Below the pieces are notes generated by a model, which was not told the origin of the DNA, did no database searches, and was given only the letters and a program-made list of their open reading frames with translations. A stretch of DNA of 64,000 nt from the IMG/VR virus record IMGVR_UViG_3300034073_003340, positions 62,001-126,000 of that record, one strand, 5' to 3'. Positions 56,684 to 64,000 of the stretch are shown in pieces. How positions within the stretch are numbered: position 1 is the first letter of the stretch; every line of letters begins with the position of its first letter. The translations under genes were made by a program, and so were the position numbers.

Positions 56684-57427
56684 TTAGGAGTGACCCTTCA
56701 TGCTCAGCATGAGCTTGTAGAACTCGTCCTTGAGGTGCGGTTCATCACGGAACTTGCCACGCATGATCGCAGTCGTCATGTCGCTTTCATGTTCCTTGAC
56801 ACCACGATGAGTCATACAGTGGTGCTCTGCTTTCAGAACGACCGCAACGTTCTCGGTCTCCGCATAACGAACCAGTTCGTCAGCAATCTGAGTCGTCATT
56901 TCTTCCTGGATCTGTGGACGTTCCGCAATCCAATGAACAATACGATTGAACTTCGAGAGGCCAATAACCTTGTCCTCAGGAAAGATGCCAACCCAGCAAC
57001 GACCCACGATGTTCTGGAAGTGATGGGCACAAGTAGAGCGAATCGAGATCGGACCGGCGGTATAGAGGTCCTGGTAACCTACGTTGGGGAACGAAGTGAT
57101 CTTTGGAGCACCAACATATCGGCCGCCATAGGTTTCGTTCACATACATCTTGGCAACTCGTCGAGCGGTACCATTGGTGTTGTGGTCATGGTCGGTATCG
57201 ATGACTAGGCTGCGGAGAACCGCTTCCATCTTTTCAGTGACTTCGTCGACCAAAAGAGCGCGCTCTTCATCAGTAATGAAACCTGAAATGTTGTCATTAC
57301 AGTGGAACTTCTGCCCTGCTGCGATGAGGCGCGCACGGATCTTCTCAGAAACGGGAACCTCTTGCCCACAGCCGCCAGCTTCGCAATCGTTGGAGCCACA
57401 ACCTGTGGTAAGTTTGGTATCGGACAT
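56684..57427 (-). CDS. folE: GTP cyclohydrolase I
   Basis: TARRVAKMY, STCAHH, GLSKFNR, QIQEE, HHCMTHRGV. Confidence 0.95.
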   Translation of the reverse strand: MSDTKLTTGCGSNDCEAGGCGQEVPVSEKIRARLIAAGQKFHCNDNISGFITDEERALLVDEVTEKMEAVLRSLVIDTDHDHNTNGTARRVAKMYVNETYGGRYVGAPKITSFPNVGYQDLYTAGPISIRSTCAHHFQNIVGRCWVGIFPEDKVIGLSKFNRIVHWIAERPQIQEEMTTQIADELVRYAETENVAVVLKAEHHCMTHRGVKEHESDMTTAIMRGKFRDEPHLKDEFYKLMLSMKGHS

Positions 57428-57499
57428 TAACTGTCTCTCCTTTTTATTTGTTGTTCTATACTCTACTTAGAATTGGGTAGAGTGTCAATTTATAGGGTG

Positions 57500-57919
57500 T
57501 TAATACGAGCTTAATTTAAACATAACCGCTTTGGCCTTGAGAAATCTGGCATAATCATCCATGTCTTCAAATCCAATTGTCAGTTGACCTTTTGATCCAT
57601 TGGCAGGGCTCAAAAGGCTATCCTGGTATACTGAAATTGATCTATGGTCAGAAGTGGGGACAACTTGGACTGAAATAAAATAGAGCCCAATGTTATTGGT
57701 ATCGCAATATTTACGAATATCCCCAGCAAAGTCTTTCCACATTACTTCTTCAAGTTCAATATGGTTTTTGATTTTTACGGAAAAAGAAGCATTCGCATGG
57801 ATTACTACCCTATTTCTCATCATATTAGCATAGAGCTCTGATCCAGGTGTCACGTTGGAAAGAAGAATCTCTTTGGGCATTTTGACATCAGTTATGGTCA
57901 GATCAACGGATGATGTCAT
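57500..57919 (-). CDS. Hypothetical protein, FKL-motif family
   Basis: IGFEDMDD..AVMFKL; ATGA overlap. Confidence 0.65.
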   Translation of the reverse strand: MTSSVDLTITDVKMPKEILLSNVTPGSELYANMMRNRVVIHANASFSVKIKNHIELEEVMWKDFAGDIRKYCDTNNIGLYFISVQVVPTSDHRSISVYQDSLLSPANGSKGQLTIGFEDMDDYARFLKAKAVMFKLSSY

Positions 57920-58326
57920 TTTGATAACCTCAATATTAGGCCCTGTTCCTTGAGCCAAAGATCCATGTCTTCTCGGCGTTCAAAGAACAGTTCCATGTCA
58001 TACAAATACTGGTCGGTCGTTTTGCTCATATGACTTTTGATCTTCCAAGACCAATAGCCTTCTAATCGAGTGTCACAGAACTTTCTGATACTTTCACGTA
58101 GCTCTGCCCATTCATCAGTTTTGCTGGTTGAAATGCTACAGGAAAACTTCATCTCAACTCTATTGAGATGGAAGGCAACACCAAGATCTTTGAATTCATT
58201 GCGAAGCTTAACCGAAGTTTCTATCCGCTTTAGTTTTCCAAAGGTATCATCAGTTGTGATATCAAAGACGATATCACGATCGATGAATTTGCTATGGCGA
58301 ACCGAATGGCAAACAATATCGTTCAT
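57916..58326 (-). CDS. Hypothetical protein, paralog of its neighbours
   Basis: FCDTRLEGYW..FFERREDMD. Confidence 0.65.
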   Translation of the reverse strand: MNDIVCHSVRHSKFIDRDIVFDITTDDTFGKLKRIETSVKLRNEFKDLGVAFHLNRVEMKFSCSISTSKTDEWAELRESIRKFCDTRLEGYWSWKIKSHMSKTTDQYLYDMELFFERREDMDLWLKEQGLILRLSK

Positions 58327-58688
58327 GGAAGAGACAACTTGGTAATTACCGCACAATCGCGGATATATCGGATAAGGTCTTCCTCATACTCAAACATGAA
58401 CTGAATTTTGAGTTCACTACTAGGCAAACCATCGTCTAGCTCGTCCTCATTATCCCAAACAGTCCAAAAACCTGAGCAGTTGGAATCGCACCATGCTTCC
58501 ATCTGACTAAAGGCATCAGTATATTCGGTTGTGATATCTTCAATGGGTCTACCACCTTCATGAACTTTTCTGATCTTGATGGTTATCAGAAATTTGTTCC
58601 TATGGAAGTTCTGATAGAGGTCAGACCATACAGGCCTGACCTCTCCAGTTGAGCTACTGCCCAGAAACAAATCATTGTATCGGATCAT
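58323..58688 (-). CDS. Hypothetical protein, paralog of its neighbours
   Basis: WCDSNCSGFW..FMFEYEEDL..AVITKL; start uncertain (58688 or 58703). Confidence 0.6.
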   Translation of the reverse strand: MIRYNDLFLGSSSTGEVRPVWSDLYQNFHRNKFLITIKIRKVHEGGRPIEDITTEYTDAFSQMEAWCDSNCSGFWTVWDNEDELDDGLPSSELKIQFMFEYEEDLIRYIRDCAVITKLSLP

Positions 58689-58719
58689 GCGACAGCGTCG
58701 CATTTGATCGATTTTGATT

Positions 58720-59862
58720 TCAGCCAGCATAGCGATACTGCTCGCCCTGTCCCAGAAGAATATCAATAGTGCGGTCAATGGTCTTGTGCTGATCATCAGC
58801 AGCATACCAGACTTCACTATCGTCCAAAGTAGTGAGAAGATAATCCATCTTGGTGATAGCATCTTCAACGGACCAAGGCACATAGAGATGTTTGGCAGAA
58901 TTGTTGAGAGCCTGTGGGAAGCTGCGGAAAGCAGGACATAGGCTCAAGGTGCCAAGCGCCGAAGCTTCGTTCAGGGTATTGCTTTGCCAATCCTGGCGAG
59001 CGCAATTGAACTGAAGCTGTGAATCAGCGAGGATCTCATAATATTCAGACTTCTTGAGACCTTCTTTGATAACCAACTTGCCTTCTGATTCCAGACGACG
59101 AGCCCGGTCAACATATTCCTGATGAGTTGAGCGAAGATGCTTGGCTCCAGTCAAAATCCAAAACTCATATCCACGATCAACAAAGTCGCTATTTTCGATG
59201 AGGTCCATGAAAAAGTCAGGCTGTTTTTCATGGTCAAATCGAGAGGTATAGACAATACGCTTTTTCCGCTCATTGAGGGGCTTTAGAGCGTCAAAGCCTC
59301 CTACGCGACTACGGACTTCCTCACGGTCAAATGGTAGTCCAGTGACGTAGAGAGGGGCTTCTAAGAGGGCAATTCTCATATGCGGGCCCATCTCGGTGTT
59401 GGCCATCAGAATACCGTCACAAGTCTTGCTGACCAGCTGCTCGAAATCACGCATCCAATTACGCCATGGAAAAACGAAGTCGTCAGGATCGATGGACTGC
59501 GCAAGGTTGCGAGTAAAGACCTTGGGCTTCATGTGAGCAGGAAGCTGCTCCATGATATATGGTAGACTTTCATAGCCTGGCTGGAATAGGTCCTCACTGA
59601 AGATTACATCGTTGCCAGTTACTTCACCGGCTTCCATGAGACGAACCAGTTCAGCCATCTGGGTCATGCTCCAATAACAGCGACCGTGGGCATCCAATAC
59701 CTGACCCGTCTTGATTTCCTTATCCTCGCGAAGGGTTCTGCCATAAACAGTGAGGAATGGGATGCCCCGCTCCTTGAACCTGCTTTCGTTCCAGTCCTTT
59801 AGCTGAAGAGTATAACGCTCTTCATAAGGCTCCAGTGGTAAATAGATAATACGCTTGCTCAT
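58720..59862 (-). CDS. Glycosyltransferase (GT-B fold)
   Basis: SRFDHEKQP, YYEILADS, EASALG, P..RSFP C-terminal GT-B motifs. Confidence 0.8.
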   Translation of the reverse strand: MSKRIIYLPLEPYEERYTLQLKDWNESRFKERGIPFLTVYGRTLREDKEIKTGQVLDAHGRCYWSMTQMAELVRLMEAGEVTGNDVIFSEDLFQPGYESLPYIMEQLPAHMKPKVFTRNLAQSIDPDDFVFPWRNWMRDFEQLVSKTCDGILMANTEMGPHMRIALLEAPLYVTGLPFDREEVRSRVGGFDALKPLNERKKRIVYTSRFDHEKQPDFFMDLIENSDFVDRGYEFWILTGAKHLRSTHQEYVDRARRLESEGKLVIKEGLKKSEYYEILADSQLQFNCARQDWQSNTLNEASALGTLSLCPAFRSFPQALNNSAKHLYVPWSVEDAITKMDYLLTTLDDSEVWYAADDQHKTIDRTIDILLGQGEQYRYAG

Positions 59863-59868
59863 TTGGGT

Positions 59869-60240
59869 TCACTCCTTGACGGGGTATTCAGCAAAACTGC
59901 CATTTTCACCATCTTCACTTACCTCAATGGTAATGTGACGTCCTGGATACTTGGTAGTAATCTGAGTAAAGAGATCGTCGCTTATCATTTCGCAACTCTT
60001 GAAATCAAGCTGTAGAGTTCCCTCATTGTAGAGGCCTTCAAGCCAACGCTTGAACTGTATGAACTCTAGATCGCGGTCTTCATGAAAGACCTCAATCCAC
60101 ACCTTGAAGTGGAAAATGTGACGATGGGGATGACCCAAGAAGCTAACGTCAGCTAAATTGGGATCAGTGAGGGCTGCGGGATATTTGTGGATCCCCTCCT
60201 TGCGGAAAGTGACCCAGATCATCTTGAAGTTTTCTGTCAT
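59869..60240 (-). CDS. QueD-like 6-pyruvoyl/6-carboxy-tetrahydropterin synthase (T-fold)
   Basis: GIH, HPHRHIFH, SCEM, EVSED; context with folE/queE. Confidence 0.7.
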   Translation of the reverse strand: MTENFKMIWVTFRKEGIHKYPAALTDPNLADVSFLGHPHRHIFHFKVWIEVFHEDRDLEFIQFKRWLEGLYNEGTLQLDFKSCEMISDDLFTQITTKYPGRHITIEVSEDGENGSFAEYPVKE

Positions 60241-60276
60241 ATCTTGTTCTAGCAGAACAGGTGACCAAAAAGCAAA

Positions 60277-60531
60277 TTACATCCAGGTCATTTTAAACAA
60301 AATTGCCGCTTTGACGTCTTGGAATTCCATGGAAACTTGCCACTGACTGATGATCTTTAGATCAAAAGAAATCCCATGACGATCAACCCATTCACCAACA
60401 TCTCGATAGAGAGTCGCATACCAGATAGACTGACCATCCCTTGGTATAAATTTGCGATCTATTATACAAAGTGGTTTGACACCAATCTCTTTTCCAAGCT
60501 GAGTACCAATCAAAAGAGTTACTTTTTCCAC
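60277..60531 (-). CDS. Hypothetical protein, FKL-motif family
   Basis: MEFQDVKAAILFKMTWM. Confidence 0.65.
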   Translation of the reverse strand: MEKVTLLIGTQLGKEIGVKPLCIIDRKFIPRDGQSIWYATLYRDVGEWVDRHGISFDLKIISQWQVSMEFQDVKAAILFKMTWM

Positions 60532-60848
60532 GCTACTTTCTTTCTTTTATTGATGCTTTGATGGAAAAGTTCTTCAAATTGGGCATTTCCAAAATACTCT
60601 GAACCCCAGGCTAGTATAAATGTTCTCGCCGCCTTTACATCAGAAAACCTCAGATAGACATCGTTGGTAGACCTTTTCCCGGTTTCAGGTTTATCCATAA
60701 GAAGATACTTCTTATATGAAATCCTGTTATCTCTTAGCCAATCTACCATTTCCGTATTGAGTTCAACCCTCCAGCTACTACGGAAAGAGTCAGAGCCTGA
60801 TACCCATCTCCAACAATGACGTCTGGCTAGCTTGACTGTTACATCCAC
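60519..60848 (-). CDS. Hypothetical protein, FKL-motif family (degenerate)
   Basis: GTG 60848 overlapping the upstream gene end; LRFSDVKAARTFILAW. Confidence 0.6.
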   Translation of the reverse strand: MDVTVKLARRHCWRWVSGSDSFRSSWRVELNTEMVDWLRDNRISYKKYLLMDKPETGKRSTNDVYLRFSDVKAARTFILAWGSEYFGNAQFEELFHQSINKRKKVAWKK

Positions 60849-61069
60849 CGCAGCTTGAACATCACTGCCTGATTTTTGTTTGGGATGATCAGTAGTGCTG
60901 CTGAATTCTCCGGACGCCATCCCGGTGGACAAAACACATATTGAATCTGATTCTCTGCCAACCATAGGGCAATCTCGTCTCGAAGCTTGAGACGATAGCG
61001 TTGGTTCGACTTCACCATTTCCACATGGTGAGATCTCAGTTTGAAAGTTTGGTTTGCTGTTATGACCAT
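60839..61069 (-). CDS. Hypothetical protein, FKL-motif family
   Basis: NKNQAVMFKLRWM. Confidence 0.65.
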   Translation of the reverse strand: MVITANQTFKLRSHHVEMVKSNQRYRLKLRDEIALWLAENQIQYVFCPPGWRPENSAALLIIPNKNQAVMFKLRWM

Positions 61070-61350
61070 GTGAGTTTGAACAACATTGCGTGGTCTTTTT
61101 GTTCAAATATGATTCGGCTACGTCCATTGCCCCCGAGTACCATTTTATGAGGAAAGTTACGATCTTGTAGCCATTTCTGAATATCATGCTTGAGTTTTCT
61201 AGACGTTCTTCTCGTCTTGAAACCATATTTGGAAGTATTGGGGGTCGAAAACTCAAAATCCCAATGTTTTATGTGATAGAGCTTGATCGTGCGAATCTTC
61301 TCTTCAGCATAAAACTCTTTGCTCTTCCAAAGATCAGGCTTTTCGGGCAT
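61060..61350 (-). CDS. Hypothetical protein, FKL-motif family
   Basis: IIFEQKDHAMLFKLTWS. Confidence 0.65.
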   Translation of the reverse strand: MPEKPDLWKSKEFYAEEKIRTIKLYHIKHWDFEFSTPNTSKYGFKTRRTSRKLKHDIQKWLQDRNFPHKMVLGGNGRSRIIFEQKDHAMLFKLTWS

Positions 61351-61906
61351 ATTTGTTCCAAATCATTAGATCAAAATCTGCAACGCTCATACCACTAGCA
61401 TCTGCCAACTTGAGGAACTCTTCCTCAAGTGTCTTATACTTGGGGCCGGCCGGTGGAGTCCCCTTTTGATCAGTAATACCCAAATCCCGCATGTGGCGAA
61501 TCACATGAGTATCAAGACAAGCAATGCGCTGATTTTTACGAGTGTGGAGAACAAAATAGCGAGCAGTTTTGGCGCCCACACCGTGGATGGATTCGAGATC
61601 CTCAACAGAGCAGGTAGCTAAATTCTTACCAACACTTTCTCGAAAAGCCCGTTCCAGCTTGGTATACTGACCCAAACGAGATTCTTTGATCCGGTCAAGC
61701 AGGATTCCACTCATATTCATCACACTGACTACCTGGAACGGAGTCGTGAAACCGGGGAACTCTTCCCTGCCTTTACTCAAAAAAGATTCGAGAGCCTTTG
61801 CCTGTTGGACTGCGGTTTTCCCCGCCACACAGATACAGAACAGCCAGAACTCTTGGAGTTCTTCAACGGTTCGGTCAAACTTTGTGACATCAGTTGGATC
61901 TATCAT
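61334..61906 (-). CDS. Helix-hairpin-helix DNA glycosylase-like protein
   Basis: LESIHGVGAKTARYF HhH motif followed by LDTHVIR; DLMIW. Confidence 0.75.
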   Translation of the reverse strand: MIDPTDVTKFDRTVEELQEFWLFCICVAGKTAVQQAKALESFLSKGREEFPGFTTPFQVVSVMNMSGILLDRIKESRLGQYTKLERAFRESVGKNLATCSVEDLESIHGVGAKTARYFVLHTRKNQRIACLDTHVIRHMRDLGITDQKGTPPAGPKYKTLEEEFLKLADASGMSVADFDLMIWNKYARKA

Positions 61907-62126
61907 AACTTTACCATAAGATAATAGAACAGCATTGTCACTCTCGATCTTGGGGAGCCGCCGCTCCCCGCCTTCTGCCTGCTCTCGAGACTCGCGGTCT
62001 CTCGGTGCGTTGATCCGTAATCACCTCCTCAGGTATAAAGTATGGCAGGCTCCAGCAAAGCATTGTGCTTCAAGATGTGTCCGAAGACCTGCTTAGAATA
62101 CAGGAGATCTTCGGACACGTCATTAT

Positions 62127-63646
62127 TCACCAACGCTCTTGGATCAGCATTCCTGAAAAGAATCGCTGCCAGATGCGTTCACTAATAAAGGGCATAATAG
62201 GATGTATCATGGGCAGAATCATTCGCAAACCTTCCAAGAGAGTCAAGAGAGCTTCGCGATCCCCCGCAAAGATTCGTTCCTTGATATCTTCCATGTAACC
62301 GCTACAGAAGTCTTCGAACAAGATCCTATGACATTCTAAGGCAGCTTTGCTGTATTGGTAGTCCTTGTAGAGCTCTTTGAGATGCGTCTGTCGCGCTCTC
62401 AGAAGCTCTATGAGCGCGATGTCGCGTTCATGCTTACTCGGATGCTGCGAAGGTTGCCCAATACGCTCCAAATGAATCTGAGCGAACTTAGCAGCATTCC
62501 AAAGCTTGGTAGACATTCTTTTGCCAGCTTGGAACTTTTCATCCCATATTTTCATGTCCAGGCCCGGCTGGGTAGCTTCTGCCAACGCAAATCGCATGGC
62601 ATCACAACCATACTGGTCAATGATCGTCAGAGGATCAATCCCGTTGCCAAGACTCTTGGACATCTTGCGACCCTGCTTATCCCGCATGATACCATGGAGG
62701 TAGATGGTCTTGAATGGCATCTCACCCGTGAGCAAGAGTCCCATCATCAACATTCTGGCACACCAGAAGAACAAGATATCGTCGGCAGTCTCAATCATTT
62801 CAGCGGGGTAGAATTTCCGCAGGTCTGGTGTGTCATTGGGCCAACCAAGAGTTGCGAAGGGCCAAAGAGCAGAGGAAAACCAAGTGTCTAGACAGCCTGC
62901 TTCGCGTTGGAACCCTTTGGGTCCCTCTTGGCCAATTTGGATCTCTTCTCCCTGCCTCCAGATCGGCAACTTATGACCCCAGCGGATCTGCCTACTAATA
63001 CACCATGGTTCAATATTATTGAGAAAGTGGCGAAGAGTCTTGGCTTCGCTGGCTGGGCGAATTTCCAACTCGTCCTCATCCATTCTATCCAACAACTGCT
63101 TGGCTAGGTCGCGCATGTCTAGATACCATTGATCACCTTGCCTGTAGAGCATTCCTGCCCTATGGCACTTCTCAAGGGCCGTTGTGACCGCTCTTGAATA
63201 GTCCTCATCTAGAGTAAAGGTATAGCGGGACCAATCACATGAAGCGCCTGTTCTACGGATCTGTTGATTGATCTCTCCGCTAAGATTGGCTTTGTATGTT
63301 TCCGCGAAGTCATCAAAGGCAGGACCCATGGGATCCAATCCCTGATCCAACATAAGCTGGTCGAGTTTGTCCTGCGTTGCTAGTCCTGCGTGATCAGTGC
63401 CGGGAAGCCACAAAGCGGCCTTTCCCTGGGAGCGGGCAAAGCGAATAGAGATGTCTTGGAGCGTTGTGAACAACGCATGACCCATATGAAGTTTGCCCGT
63501 GATATTGGGCGGGGGCATGGGGATGAAATAGGGATCATCGCCCTTGGGTCTAAAGGCCCCGACAGTTTCCCACGCGCTGTAGAGCTCTTGCTCTTCAGTG
63601 TTGTGGTCGAAACGCTTGGTTAGTTGCTGACGTCCAACGTGGTCAT
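62127..63646 (-). CDS. valS: Minimal valyl-tRNA synthetase (no CP1 editing domain); start ATG out of frame with the body (frameshift or pseudogene)
   Basis: PPPNITG.LHMGHA, PGTDHAGLATQ, WCISRQ..WGH, LDTWFSS, DILFFW, KMSKS; conserved N-terminus continues upstream of the track ATG 63518. Confidence 0.85.
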
Positions 63647-63798
63647 TTTGTTATCCTCCAAATAATCGTACGATATTTATACAACGGAGGGGCTCAGTTC
63701 GCAAGAGCAAACCAAGCCCCCTCCTAGAAAGGCTAAATATTACAAACAAAGGCTCAGCTGGGGCCCTTGGAACAGAAACCCCAGCTTCGCTTCAGAAT

Positions 63799-63927
63799 TT
63801 ACCTAGTCTCAACGACAGTGGTGCGTGGACGCTTTTTGGCTTCCTTTAATGGAATGAATTTACCAGTTCCAGCATCTCTCGCACGTTTTGTCTTATTAGG
63901 ATTAGTAGACTTTATTTTCTTTGCCAT
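63799..63927 (-). CDS. Small basic protein (42 aa)
   Basis: Manual translation MAKKIKSTNPNKTKRARDAGTGKFIPLKEAKKRPRTTVVETR; RD..TG.F..A..RP.TTVVE motif; AAGG SD. Confidence 0.65.
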   Translation of the reverse strand: MAKKIKSTNPNKTKRARDAGTGKFIPLKEAKKRPRTTVVETR

Positions 63928-64000
63928 AATATTGGCCTTTCTCTAACCATACTTTCCGAAATGGGAAGTTTCAATGGTTAGCTCGTTTGGGGAGTGTTCT

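Noticed and set aside
60849-61256. N-terminal part of the 245-aa track ORF 60519..61256
   Set aside because: Overlaps two better-supported FKL-family genes; the real start is probably GTG 60848.
1-64000. Genome-wide TAG reassignment (alternative genetic code)
   Set aside because: Long genes are intact in the standard code, and TAG ends recognisably complete proteins (e.g. 49163, 52172); only pth2 shows an internal TAG.

Overview
This 64-kb window comes from a large myovirus (jumbo-type phage with T4-like baseplate homologs). It is about 42-45% GC by eye, uses the standard genetic code and has TAG as a rare stop. The + strand from 0.6 to 25.8 kb is a late virion operon: tail/baseplate proteins with SleB-like and M23 cell-wall hydrolase domains, gp25/gp6-like wedges, a 3466-aa structural protein, two collagen-containing fibres and a fibre chaperone. 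The rest is mostly on the - strand. It encodes nucleotide and DNA functions (ThyX, RNase H-like nuclease, HNH), RNA repair (Pnkp-like, Rnl1-like), ClpP, a MoxR/vWA pair and CoaD. It also holds a FolE/QueD/QueE + phosphoribosyltransferase + glycosyltransferase cluster and many small proteins ending in an F-x5-A-xx-FKL motif. The most striking signal is a translation-recoding module at about 34.1-39.6 kb. It contains an amber-suppressor tRNA (anticodon CUA) one gene upstream of a glycyl-tRNA-synthetase-like catalytic core that lacks an anticodon-binding domain. Downstream are a Pth2 gene that is complete only if an in-frame UAG at codon 8 is read through, and a mini-ORF in which UAG is followed by a RAPP ribosome-arrest motif. 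A minimal ValRS lacking its editing domain, whose start codon is out of frame with the conserved N-terminus, lies at the right end. All calls come from motif recognition by eye; no database searches were run.
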